From Candidatus Eremiobacteria bacterium (GTDB lineage Bacteria > Vulcanimicrobiota > Vulcanimicrobiia > Vulcanimicrobiales > Vulcanimicrobiaceae): a stretch of 64,000 bases of DNA. This document shows positions 31,606-43,789 of this stretch, piece after piece. The translations under genes were made by a program, and so were the position numbers. The notes under the pieces were generated by a model that saw only the letters and a program-made list of their open reading frames with translations, made no database searches and had not been told where the DNA came from. The DNA is taken from assembly GCA_963737065.1 (NCBI GenBank), contig CAVTRC010000001.1:32001-96000 (forward strand). The letters are read 5' to 3'. Position 1 is the first letter of the stretch; the number at the start of each line of letters is the position of its first letter.

Positions 31606-31949
31606 TGACGCGCAAGTTTGAAGCGCAATGGCATCTGCGAAAGCTCTTGGCGCTGAAAGGCATCTTTAACACAACGGATCTTCTACCGCTTCTGGCCGAG
31701 CGGGGCATAAACGTCTCGCGCACGCAGGCGTACCGGCTTGCAGCTGAAAAGCCAAACTACGTTTCCCTGGATCTGATCGTAGCGCTGTGCGATATTCTCG
31801 CGTGTACGCCGGCAGATTTAATTGAAAAAGTCGAGATCCGCAAAACCGTTAAGAAGGCGGTAGGTTATGAGTCGGCCGGTAAGGATCCGTCGCGCGCTCG
31901 CAACCTCAAACCAGTGCGCGCACGCATAAAAGATGCCGACAAAGACTGA
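31605..31949 (+). CDS. XRE/Cro-C1 type HTH protein
   Basis: WHLRKLLA...L...GINVSRTQAYRL...ALCDILACTPADLI; overlaps integrase stop by 1 nt. Confidence 0.85.
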   Translation: MTRKFEAQWHLRKLLALKGIFNTTDLLPLLAERGINVSRTQAYRLAAEKPNYVSLDLIVALCDILACTPADLIEKVEIRKTVKKAVGYESAGKDPSRARNLKPVRARIKDADKD

Positions 31950-34609
31950 ACGCAATCTTGCGGCGCTGCTGGACGCCGTCAGAACACTGGAACCCACGCT
32001 TTCCCGGGAGACGATTACCGCGGCGATCCGCAGCGCGACGGACCCCGCTATGCTGGGCAAGCTCGTTCGTTCGATCGCGCCGAATCCACGCGCCCTGCTC
32101 GATGCAGCCGCCGCGGCGATGCCGGCACATAGCCGGCTCGTTTGAAGAACTCCTCAAGCGCGGCGCGCGACACATCGTGCGCCCCACGTGCGGCCTGTGC
32201 GGAGAGGCGGCGCTCTTAGAATACAAATTTCAAGACCGACGGATCTGCCGAGAATGCTACACGAAGAACCTCAAAGCGGAATGCTGCATCTGTAAACGGA
32301 TGAAACAAATCTGCTCGCGCATCGATGGAAAGCCAAGGTGTGCTGCCTGTCACGTTCGCGATCCGCAAAACCACGAAATCTGCAGCATATGCAAGGCCCT
32401 CGCCTATCCACGGGTGCGCCCCAACGGCCGACCAATCTGTCAGCTCTGTTACGAAGCGCCGAAGCACGTCTGCACAAACTGCGGAAAGCATGCCCCCGCG
32501 CAGACGACGGAACCGCGAGTACTCTGCAAAGAGTGCTACGAAGTGATCGTCCTGGGAAAACCAGTGCGGGTCCTTCCACGCGCCAAGCACCGACCGATGC
32601 GCCAGCGCGTCTGTGCAACCTGCGGTGAAAGACGGCTCTGTACCAACTTCCTTGGTGATCAGCCGAAATGCGCCGATTGCGCAGGGCGCCCGAAGCTAGA
32701 ATGCGTTTCGTGCCGCAGGGAACGCCCGGTGCAGGCCATTTGGGAGATCGGTCCAGTGTGTAACACTTGCTATGACGGCAAGCGCGGTATGTGCAACCGC
32801 TGCGATCATGAAGGATTGGTTATTAAGTATCGCCACAACGCAATTTGTCACGAATGCGCCGGAAAGCCGAGTCAGTCGAAATGCGGCGGCTGTGGCCATC
32901 GTGAAGGGCTTTACGAACGCGGGCGCTGTGCTCGCTGTGTGCTCGACCGAAAGTTGACCGACTTGCTGCGGGACACGAGTGGGGAGTTCGCCAGCGAGCT
33001 GCTACCCCTAAAGAACCTACTTCTGGAACACCCGAGTCCTGAGTCGGTGCTCGGCTGGCTACGAAAGAGTCCAAAAGCGACTCACGTACTTGGAGCACTC
33101 GCCCGACGCGAATTGGAGGCGTCACATGTCGCATTCGACAATCTCGGCGGCGCGCCGTCCATTAGCTTCTTGCGATCTTTGTTGATGTCGAGCGCCGTTC
33201 TGCCGGAGCAGTCGCGTAACTTTTCGCTTCTGCTGCCATGGCTCGAACGTTTTCTCTCACGCTGCCCCGCGGCCCATCGACCCTTACTTTCAGCATTTGC
33301 GCAATGGCATGTCTTTCGACGACTACGCGACAAGGCGCGCTTTGGTGATATCACGGAGAGCTCCAACCGATGGGCCCGTGCGCGTTTGCGTTGCGCCGCC
33401 GTGTTCCTAAAATTTCTAGATAGCAAAGGTCATACCCTGAACACCTGTCAACAGGCCTTGCTTGATGAATGGCTAGCAGAGGGCTCGACGTCAGCGTACC
33501 TCGTGCGTGACTTCGTCTGCTGGGCATATCGCCGAAATCTGATGCGGCAACACGTTGTTCCGCTACGCAAAGTTAAGAAACCGGTCGACCCGATCGATGC
33601 GGATGCGCGGTGGGCGATCATTCGTCGCCTCATCACGGACGACACCATCCCCGTGGGTTTGCGCGTAGCCGGAGCATTAAACTTACTCTTTGGCCAGCAT
33701 GTGAGCAGAATCGTGCGCCTCACCGATGCCCATGTTATAAACATTGATGAAGAAACGTGCGTGGTGCTAGGCCGCGAACCAACTCCGCTTCCCCAACCCT
33801 TTGCTCGGCTGATCTTGGACCTCGTTAAAAGGCGGCGCAGTCAAAAGTGGAGTTGACCCGCTTCCGTGGAGACTTTCAATCTTACAGAGAAAGGTCTCCA
33901 TATGGCAAAGCGCCCCACCTATCCGCCGGAATTCCGGCATAGGATCCTCGAGCTGGTTCGCTCCGGTCGCAGCGTGAATTCGATTGCCGCCGAGTTCCAA
34001 GTCGCGCGGCAATCGATCGTGAACTGGCTGAAGCAAGACGACGTTGATACGGGCCGCCGCGACGGCGGTTTAACAACGGACGAACGCAAAGAACTTGCGG
34101 CACTGCGCCGTGAAAATAAGCGCTTAAAACTCGAAGCGGAAATCCTGTCAAAAGCCGCGGCCTGGTTCGCTCGGGAAACGCACGCGGTTCCGAGCAAATC
34201 TTCGGATTCATAAAGGCGTACCAGGCCAACTATACGATTACGATGCTGTGTCATGTGCTCGACGTTTCCCCGAGCGGATACTACGCGTGGTGCAACCGAT
34301 CGCCGTCGAAGCGCCGCCAAGACGACATCGTTCTCGGCGATCAGATCGATGCGTTCTATCGGAAGTCGTATGGTATTTACGGCCGTCCGCGCTTGCATGC
34401 GGATCTTCGCGAAGCCGGCATTCGGATCTCCGGAAAGCGCCTTGCGCGGTTGATGCGCGAACGCGGAATTGTCGGCGTTTCTCGGAGGAAATCCACAGTC
34501 ACGACCATACGCGATCGGGATTCGCGTCCGGCGCCTGATCTCGTTGAGCGCAATTTCCAAGCCGATGGGCCTGACCAGCTTTGGGTCGCTGACATTACGT
34601 TGTATCTTG

Positions 34610-34790
34610 GACCGACGCGGCGAACAACCGTCGCGAGGTGGGGATAGCACGGATATTACGTGAGGCAGCAACAGCCTGAGATGTAGATGTCGCACCCCAC
34701 TGCATTTTCAGCGCCGCAGGAGATCGGACGATAGCAAAGACGTTGCTCATCGAGCGAAGAGTCTGGATTTACAAGGCTGATCCGCGGGTG
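34610..34790 (+). ncRNA. bridge RNA (target- and donor-binding loops); ends approximate
   Basis: ATATTACGT 34653-61 and ATGTAG 34681-86 match the target; ACGATAGC 34728-35 and TACAAG 34770-75 match the donor junction. Confidence 0.85.
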
Positions 34791-34821
34791 GCGCGATTTC
34801 GATTTGAAATGTGGAGGCGCT

Positions 34822-35805
34822 GTGAAATTCATCGGGATTGATGTCTCTCGTGATAAGCTCGACTGCGCGGTAGTCGACGACTGTGGAACCGTTATTCAAC
34901 GATCGCGAGCATTTAAGAATAGCGCTGATGGCGTCGATGCGCTCCTGAAGTGGGTCGGAAAAATCGCCAGTAAGGGGCACGCGCGGTTTGTCATCGAGGC
35001 AACGGCAGCCTATCACGAGATGGCCTCACTGCGCCTTGCGAAGACCGGTGAATTCGTCGCAATCGTGAACCCATTTCACGTGCGTTCTTTAGCGCGCGGG
35101 CTAGCCATGCTCAGTAAGAGTGACGCGATTGATGCGCTCGTCCTTGCGCAATATGGGCGTCTTGCAAAGCTGCGCCGATGGGTACCGCCAGCTGCGCAGC
35201 TTGTTGATATTCAGGCTCTTTTGCTGCGGCTCGATGCGATTGAATCAGACCTCTTGCGTGAGCAGAATCGTCGCGAGCAGGCTGCAGCCAGAGAATCCGC
35301 GACGCTTGTGATTGGCTCGATTGACGCGAGTATCAAATTCCTAAAGCGTCAGCGGAAAAGCATCGAATTCGCGATCAGCAAATCGATTGAAACCGCTCCG
35401 GGTATCGCGGATGACGTCGAGCGCTTACGCTCGATCCCCGGCGTGGGCGAAAAGACAGCAAACCGCATGGCGACCATGCTGCGTATGCACGACTTTAAGT
35501 CGGCGCGTGAAGTGGCCGCCTTCTGCGGCCTCGTTCCGGTCGAGCATAAATCCGGAACGAGCGTCTATCGCAAGCCGCGACTCTCGAAGGCCGGCAACCC
35601 AAGAATGCGGGCGGCTCTATACATGGTTGCAGTCGTCGCCATGCGGTTGAACCCCGACGTCAAGGCGCTTTACGATCGACTCGTAGGACGCGGTAAAGCA
35701 AAAATGGCGGCTCTCGGTGCGTGCATGCGTAAGATCGTTCAGATATGTTTCGGCGTACTGAAGTCGGGAAAAACGTACGCCCCGCAGGCTGTTGTTAGAG
35801 CTTGA
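34822..35805 (+). CDS. IS110 DEDD recombinase
   Basis: IGIDVS, IEATA, KSDAIDA, SIPGVG, GLVP...SGTS; GGAGG RBS before GTG. Confidence 0.95.
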   Translation: MKFIGIDVSRDKLDCAVVDDCGTVIQRSRAFKNSADGVDALLKWVGKIASKGHARFVIEATAAYHEMASLRLAKTGEFVAIVNPFHVRSLARGLAMLSKSDAIDALVLAQYGRLAKLRRWVPPAAQLVDIQALLLRLDAIESDLLREQNRREQAAARESATLVIGSIDASIKFLKRQRKSIEFAISKSIETAPGIADDVERLRSIPGVGEKTANRMATMLRMHDFKSAREVAAFCGLVPVEHKSGTSVYRKPRLSKAGNPRMRAALYMVAVVAMRLNPDVKALYDRLVGRGKAKMAALGACMRKIVQICFGVLKSGKTYAPQAVVRA

Positions 35806-36679
35806 CTTCCCAGACGATATCTATATCCCGACCTGGGGTGGATTCGTATACCTCGCAATTGTGCTCGATGCTTACAGTCGTCGAGTCGTCGGCTGGGCAA
35901 CTGCTAATCACTTACGCACCGAACTTGTTCTGCAAGCGCTCAACTCATCAATCTATCGGCGACGGCCGGAAAACGTTATCCATCACTCGGATCAAGGCTG
36001 CCAATACACCTCAATCGCCTTCGGCCTGCGGTGTCGCGAAGCCAAGGTACGCCCGTCGATGGGTTCAGTCGGTGATGCATACGATAACGCGATGTGCGAG
36101 AGCTTCAACGCAACGCTCGAATGCGAACTACTTGCGCGAAGTTCGTTCAAAAGCCAGCGTGAAGCTGAACAAGCGATCTTCGCGTATATCGAGGGTTTCT
36201 ACAACCCGCATCGCCGGCATTCCGCAATCGGGTATCTCTCACCGAACAACTTCGAGCGCCGCATGAGTCATGCCGCTTGATGTCCAAGTCGCATTTCTCC
36301 GCGAAAGCGGGTCAACTCCAAAGCGCCCGAGGTTGGCATCAGGCGAATTCCTTTTGTTTCCGGGAAAGAACTACGGCAAGCCGACGACAACTGATGTGCT
36401 GAGTCATCGGTTGCAAAATATTGGAATCAGCGTACGTGCCGGCCGAAACGCTGCGCTGATGGAGATCGCGGCTAAGCTTCCCGCACCAGTGCTACGGGAT
36501 TTGCTCGGCATCCACATAAATGTGGCGGTAATTTGGAACCGCGCCGCAGGGCACAGCTATGCCAATTATGTCGGCGGTCTGAAGCGACAGAATGCTAAGA
36601 CTTAATCGGACAGTTGGCGAAGGTCGCATCGCATCCTGCCGCGTCACTGAGCGTGACGTCGGCGACGAAGGAGACGATC

Positions 36680-37714
36680 TTGACCACCGAACGCAAAGTC
36701 ATTCGTGCCAAAGTCGGCCTGCTCAACCTTGCAAAGCAGTTGGGGAACGTGCAGCAGGCCTGCAAGATGATGGGGTTTAGTCGCGATAGTTTCTATCGCT
36801 TCCAAGAGCTCTATGAAACCGGCGGTGAGGCCGCGCTCGCGGAAATCTCGCGCCGAAAACCGATCCTGAAGAACCGAATCGATCCAACGATCGAGGATGC
36901 GATCGTGACGCTCGCAATAGAACAGCCGGCGTTCGGCCAAGTGCGCGTCGCCAATGAACTCAAAAAACGTGCAATGACCGTTTCTCCCGCCGGCGTGCGC
37001 TGCGTTTGGCAGCGGCACGATCTTGAGACGATGAAGAAACGATTGAAAGCACTAGAAGCAAAAAGTGCACAGGAAGGTTTGGTTCTGACCGAAGCGCAGC
37101 TCGCAGCACTTGAGAAGGCGCAGAACGAGAAGGACGCGCACGGCGAGTTCGAGAGTGAATGCCCCGGTTATTGCGGCGCACAAGACACGTTCTACGTCGG
37201 CACGCTCAAAGGCGTCGGCCGTGTATATCAGCAGACCTTTGTCGACACGTATAGCAAAGTTGGATTCGCGAAGCTGTACCAGCAAAAGACGCCAATTACT
37301 GCAGCAGATCTGCTCAATGATCGGGTCATTCCATTCTTTGAAGAGCACGATATTCGCGTGAGCCGAATCCTCACTGATCGTGGAACCGAGTACTGCGGAG
37401 ACGTCCAGAAGCATCCTTACGAGTTGTACCTCGCAATCGAAGACATCGATCACACGCGCACCAAGGCAAAGAGCCCCCAAACAAACGGCATCGTTGAACG
37501 CCTTCACAAGACGATGCTTAACGAATTCTACCGCGTGGCATTCCGCAAGAAGATTTACCATACGGTCGACGAGCTGCAAGCCGATCTCGATGCATGGATG
37601 CGCGAGTACAACATAGAACGCACGCATCAAGGGCGCTGGTGTTACGGCAAGACGCCGATGCAGACATTTTTCGACAGCTTGGAACTCGCCAAGGAGAAGC
37701 TATTTGCAGCCTGA
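36680..37714 (+). CDS. IS481-family transposase (element ends not identified)
   Basis: [43 protein letters not shown]. Confidence 0.9.
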   Translation: MTTERKVIRAKVGLLNLAKQLGNVQQACKMMGFSRDSFYRFQELYETGGEAALAEISRRKPILKNRIDPTIEDAIVTLAIEQPAFGQVRVANELKKRAMTVSPAGVRCVWQRHDLETMKKRLKALEAKSAQEGLVLTEAQLAALEKAQNEKDAHGEFESECPGYCGAQDTFYVGTLKGVGRVYQQTFVDTYSKVGFAKLYQQKTPITAADLLNDRVIPFFEEHDIRVSRILTDRGTEYCGDVQKHPYELYLAIEDIDHTRTKAKSPQTNGIVERLHKTMLNEFYRVAFRKKIYHTVDELQADLDAWMREYNIERTHQGRWCYGKTPMQTFFDSLELAKEKLFAA

Positions 37715-37835
37715 GTTTAGCGCCATTGGAACGATCCGACACTCAGCGACGCGATCATGCGCCAACCACGACAGACAACGAAAACCCCGAAGATTATCGA
37801 TTGCGTAGCACAGCACACTGGTACCTGCCGTGCCA

Positions 37836-38114
37836 TCAACGTTGCCGCGAGTTGCCATCAAACTCGCCAAATACCTGCTGAAGCGTTGCATATGCTCTGT
37901 CTTCGCGGGCGTATGCACGCCCAACGATCCGGCAATTAAGCAGCGCGAGCAATACTGCCGCCACGAACGCAGTGCCCACGATCACCCAATGAGGAAGCGT
38001 TTTCACCGTTACCGCCTCATAGCCAAGAATGATCAAAGCCGCATTACCAGCGAGGCTCGCTATGAATATCGAAGTCAATTGCTTCCCTTCGTTCAGCCGA
38101 TTAGCCATATTCAC
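37836..38114 (-). CDS. small two-TM hypothetical protein or fragment
   Basis: two hydrophobic stretches only; no recognised motif. Confidence 0.35.
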   Translation of the reverse strand: MNMANRLNEGKQLTSIFIASLAGNAALIILGYEAVTVKTLPHWVIVGTAFVAAVLLALLNCRIVGRAYAREDRAYATLQQVFGEFDGNSRQR

Positions 38115-38237
38115 GCAACCGAACCCCGCTCGGTAGATGCACGTGGCTTGCGAAGTCGACGTTGAAAATGGAGGCTTGATACATCCTGTTGTTGACGCCG
38201 GGTGAAAAGTGACCCACTTTGCTAGGGGATCGCCGGT

Positions 38238-40050
<1,813 letters not shown>

Positions 40051-40100
40051 CGCGACCTTGCGTTCGCGTTAGATCAGGTGGAACGGCTTAGTCAACTCTG

Positions 40101-41174
40101 TTAGGCGGCGACTTCAATACTATTCTGACTATTGCGCGCAAGTCGGTCTTGCATCGGTTGTAACCGATAAAACACAACCGTTGCCAGCTGCCGTTTGTGA
40201 GAACGCATCGCAGCTCGATGCGTCTTGCCCTCAGCTCGCTTACGCGCATAATAGAGTTGGCCCGGATGATTGCGCGTGCGGTTTTGGACCAACGCAATAA
40301 CATGGAGTAATCGATTGAGCTGACGATCACCACCGGTGTTGACACGGACGCTCGCGTTGCGACCGCTCGAACACGGAACGGGCGCCGCCCCGGCGCGCAT
40401 CGCGAAGCTCGCGGCATTGCGATACATGCAAAGATTGCCGGCATGTCCAATGATCCCGGCAGCAACGACAATGGAAACGCCTCGAAGCTCCAGCAATTCG
40501 GGCGCAAGGCGCTTAACGAAAGGGCGCAGTTGGCGTTCCAGCTGATTCACTGCAGCATTGAGCCGGCGGATTTCCGAGATCGCCTCGTCGACCTCATCAG
40601 CAAGCGCATCACCGGTATAGCTCTTACCGCGATGACCCGTTAGAAGATCTGCTGCATTCTGCAATGCAATTTCGGTGGTCATGTTCGAGGGCAGCGGTCC
40701 AATCGCCAGCCGCAATGCGGCATCCCGCAGCCGATTTACAGCCTCCGTCCGCTGTCGCACAAGTCGATCGCGGCGATCATAACGTAACCGGACTGCTTCC
40801 TGTTCATCCAGACGTTCGCAACGCCGCAAGCGATCGGATTCGCGCAGAACTGCTTCGGCAATCGCTCGAGCGTCGAGTGGATCGGATTTTCCTCTTCGGC
40901 TTGCGTGTTTGCGGTGACGTTTAGTGAACGAACCTGGAACCTCGTATACGACGGCGTTGCTTTTCAGCAGAGCATCGGCGAAGCCACGTCCGAACGAACC
41001 ACTTCCCTCAAGACCCCATTCAACGGTGCCAAACGACCGTGCTCTTTCGATCGCAGTCGCATACCCTGCGGCGTTCGTTGCAATGGTGATCTCCGAGAGC
41101 GCTTTCCCAACTCCATCAACGAATACGATGGTGTGAGAATCCTTGTGACAATCGACGCCCGCAACGACGCGCAT
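40101..41174 (-). CDS. IS110 DEDD recombinase
   Basis: AGVDCHK, LEGSG, GKSDPLDA, GAAPVPCSSG, GDRQLN; AAGGAG RBS. Confidence 0.95.
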   Translation of the reverse strand: MRVVAGVDCHKDSHTIVFVDGVGKALSEITIATNAAGYATAIERARSFGTVEWGLEGSGSFGRGFADALLKSNAVVYEVPGSFTKRHRKHASRRGKSDPLDARAIAEAVLRESDRLRRCERLDEQEAVRLRYDRRDRLVRQRTEAVNRLRDAALRLAIGPLPSNMTTEIALQNAADLLTGHRGKSYTGDALADEVDEAISEIRRLNAAVNQLERQLRPFVKRLAPELLELRGVSIVVAAGIIGHAGNLCMYRNAASFAMRAGAAPVPCSSGRNASVRVNTGGDRQLNRLLHVIALVQNRTRNHPGQLYYARKRAEGKTHRAAMRSHKRQLATVVFYRLQPMQDRLARNSQNSIEVAA

Positions 41175-41194
41175 GCGTTCTCCTTTTATGCGAG

Positions 41195-41338
41195 GTTACC
41201 GCAGACGTCGGCGATCCCTTATTGAGCATTTGCACTCGGCTTACCAGCCAAAACGCGCTGCGGAAAAGACGCGCCTGCCGGCCATTCCACCCCAAGTCAA
41301 TCCGACTGTCAATTTTGGAGCCAGAGCAGACGCACCCT
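41195..41338 (-). ncRNA. bridge RNA of second IS110; ends approximate
   Basis: minus strand AAAATTGAC and GGGGTGG match the target; TAAGCCG and ATAAGG match the donor junction. Confidence 0.85.
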
Positions 41339-41476
41339 AATCATACATATAAGGGTCAATTTTCAACCGGCGGGGTGGGTCAACTTTACTCCGGCGCTAA
41401 CACTGTCCTTTTCTTAGTTTCGCCGCGATTCGAATTTCGAAAGAGACAGATTGCGCGAATATTGCCATTGTGCAGT

Positions 41477-41700
41477 TGGAGTTGATCGATTATCGTGGAT
41501 AGTTTTTTGATCGGAGCCTACGCAGCATGTTCCCGCTCGAAGTCGATTGGCCAGAGATAGTTGAGTCGCGAGTGCGCACGGTGCGCGTTGTACCACGATT
41601 CAATGAACGTGAAGATCGCTATACGAGCCTCACTCTGCGCTTTGAATCGCCGCCTTGCGAGCAGCTCGGCATTCGAGCGTGGCAAAGAAACTCTCGCACG
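41477..41700 (-). pseudogene. IS3-family orfB 3' remnant with right IR
   Basis: ELLARRRFK.Q.EA..AIF.FIE.WYN.HR.HS similar to 36120-36280; tggagttgatc at 41477. Confidence 0.8.
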
Positions 41701-42190
41701 TCGCAGTACCTTAGGATTCGGCGGACATCGTTTCAACGTTCAAGGATAACACCGCGTGGACGAATATCAGCGCAAACGCCTCGCATGGATTCGCTTTTTG
41801 AGCAGTGGAACGATGCTGGAAAGGTCTGCCTGAAATGCGGAATCTCTCCCCCGACGCTGCGTAAATGTCTGGGAGCACCATAAGGTCCATGGGATCACCA
41901 GCTGTGCCAAGGCATTCGGCCGCTCGAGCAACTCTGGCGTCGTCGATTCCGATAGGGTAACATCGTAACCGGCCACCGCTTCGTCCTCTCGGTTAAGAAG
42001 TTCGTCGTAAAGCAAATGTTCCGAACCGAAACGCTGGCTCCTCGTCTTTACAGCATTTTAAGAGACGTCATCACTGGGCACAGTACGTCGGAATTCGAGC
42101 TAACAATATTGACGTAGAACGACCAGCAGGATTCGACACGGCTTAAACGAGCGATCCTAAATGGCTTCGTAATTCCAGGAGGATCCGTAT

Positions 42191-43789
42191 TTGAAACTGG
42201 TTCGCATTGCGCTAGTGCTCGTTTCGTCGCTAATCGTGGTTGCATGCTCACACAGTTTCGGGTCCATCTCATCCAGAACAGCGCCACAGGACGACGAGTG
42301 GGTGACGTATGGCCATGATTACGGGAATAATCGCTTTTCTACATCGCAGCAGATAAATCGGACGAATGTTAGCCAGCTCGTGCCGCGTTACGTTGCTCAG
42401 ACAGGCGTCGTTGGACCGTTTGAAGCCTCCCCCATTGTTGCGGGCGGGGTAATGTATGTGTCGACCCCATACGACGGAATTATTGCGATAAATGCAACAA
42501 CGGGGAAGAGCATTTGGCGGCGCCCACCCCTCACTGGAAATTTTCTCCAGTGTTGTGGTCCGGTAAATCGCGGCGTCGCGATTTCTGGAAATCGCGTCAT
42601 CATTGGACAACTCGACGGCGTTTTGGTTGCGTTAGACGCCAAGACCGGGATGGTTCAATGGACCGCCGAGGTAGCCGACAATACAAAGGGTTACAGTATA
42701 ACGATGGCGCCTCTGATCTATCACGACACGGTGATCGTCGGAGTGGGAGGAGGCGAATTTGGAATACGAGGCTTCTTGGCGGCCTATCATGTCCGAGATG
42801 GAAAACTCAAATGGCGATGGTATGCGACGGATTCACGTCACTGGTTTGGAACGACAGCCCGACTTCGCACCGATGAAGGGCTCGCAAGTGAAGCCGAATC
42901 CCAGCAATTACGTGCACGATTTTCGAACTCATGGCAACGCGGCGGGGGCGGGATTTGGACGTCTCCAGCCATAGACCCACAAACTCGTACGATTTTCGTG
43001 GCGACCGGCAACCCGTGGCCGATGTCGCGCGGAACATCGCGGCCCGGGGACAATCTCTATACGGATTCGATCGTCGCTCTTGATGCAGACACTGGTCGCA
43101 TGAAGTGGTACTTCCAGCAAACGCCTCACGATGTCGACGACCTCGACGCGGCGTCGCCTCCCCTGCTTTTCGATACTGTTGACACTGCTGGCCATTCGTT
43201 ACGTGCTCTGGGCGAGATCGGTAAAACCGGAATCTTCTATATTCTCGACCGCTCCAATGGCCATCTCATCCGCCAGTCGCGCCCATTGCTGCGCGGTATT
43301 ACACCCATCAATAGTCGGCAGCGCTTTGCAGGCGGAAGCACGTGGTCACCAGTCTCATTCGATCCGAGGTTAGGATACGCGATAGTGACGGTGACCGCCC
43401 GTCCTCTTGCCGAAGGAAACGTCAAGAGAGGCGCGTTTGATGCGACCGCGTGGAACGCCGCATTTGGAACCGTCTCCGCGATTTCCGTCACAAGCGGACA
43501 TGTGATATGGCAAGATTGGTTCAACGAAGGAGTTGTGGGTGGCTCATTATCGACTGCCGGCGACCTCACATTTGTTGGTGAAGGGGGCGGGTACTTTGAC
43601 GCGCTTGACACGAAAACCGGAGAACGGTTGTGGCATTTCGAAACGGGCGCCGGCGTCAACGCTCCTCCGATCACTTACACGATCGACGGGCACCAATATG
43701 TTGCTGTAGCCGTTGGTGGCAACCAGCAACTTGGGACGCAGTACGGCGATGCTATTTTTGCGTTCACGCTCTTCGACGATGGACCTTAA
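42191..43789 (+). CDS. PQQ-dependent dehydrogenase-like beta-propeller lipoprotein
   Basis: VVAC lipobox, W.TYG.DY..RFS, vicinal CCGPVNRG, GGGEFGIRG, GDNLYTDS, WYFQ.TPHD. Confidence 0.85.
   Translation: MKLVRIALVLVSSLIVVACSHSFGSISSRTAPQDDEWVTYGHDYGNNRFSTSQQINRTNVSQLVPRYVAQTGVVGPFEASPIVAGGVMYVSTPYDGIIAINATTGKSIWRRPPLTGNFLQCCGPVNRGVAISGNRVIIGQLDGVLVALDAKTGMVQWTAEVADNTKGYSITMAPLIYHDTVIVGVGGGEFGIRGFLAAYHVRDGKLKWRWYATDSRHWFGTTARLRTDEGLASEAESQQLRARFSNSWQRGGGGIWTSPAIDPQTRTIFVATGNPWPMSRGTSRPGDNLYTDSIVALDADTGRMKWYFQQTPHDVDDLDAASPPLLFDTVDTAGHSLRALGEIGKTGIFYILDRSNGHLIRQSRPLLRGITPINSRQRFAGGSTWSPVSFDPRLGYAIVTVTARPLAEGNVKRGAFDATAWNAAFGTVSAISVTSGHVIWQDWFNEGVVGGSLSTAGDLTFVGEGGGYFDALDTKTGERLWHFETGAGVNAPPITYTIDGHQYVAVAVGGNQQLGTQYGDAIFAFTLFDDGP

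Larger units (their letters stand above)
34601..35822 (+). mobile_element. IS110-family (IS621-like) element inside IS3 orfB
   Basis: its removal restores gac att acg tat atc (DITYI); no terminal IRs; ends TGTAT... and ...ACGATATCT. Confidence 0.95.
33848..36320 (+). mobile_element. IS3-family element (1251 bp once the nested IS110 is removed)
   Basis: IRs TGGAGTTGACCCGCTT / AAGCGGGTCAACTCCA, 3-bp AAG duplication; orfA 33902-34213; orfB WVADIT|YIPT...HHSDQG...DNAMCES. Confidence 0.95.
31933..36605 (+). pseudogene. Zn-ribbon repeat plus degenerate tyrosine-recombinase-fold protein, interrupted by IS3 (31933-33847 joined to 36324-36605); 1-nt indel near 32141
   Basis: 16 CxxC motifs; removing IS3 and one AAG restores ...RSQK|RPRLASGEFLLFPG... 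in frame. Confidence 0.85.
40082..41352 (-). mobile_element. second IS110-family element, inserted in the IS21 inner terminal repeat
   Basis: CC core on both sides; removal restores gaaaattgaCCCacctg repeat. Confidence 0.9.

Noticed and set aside
41767..42015. Short ORF fragment between IS remnant and PQQ gene
   Set aside because: No recognisable motif or start; probably a truncated relic
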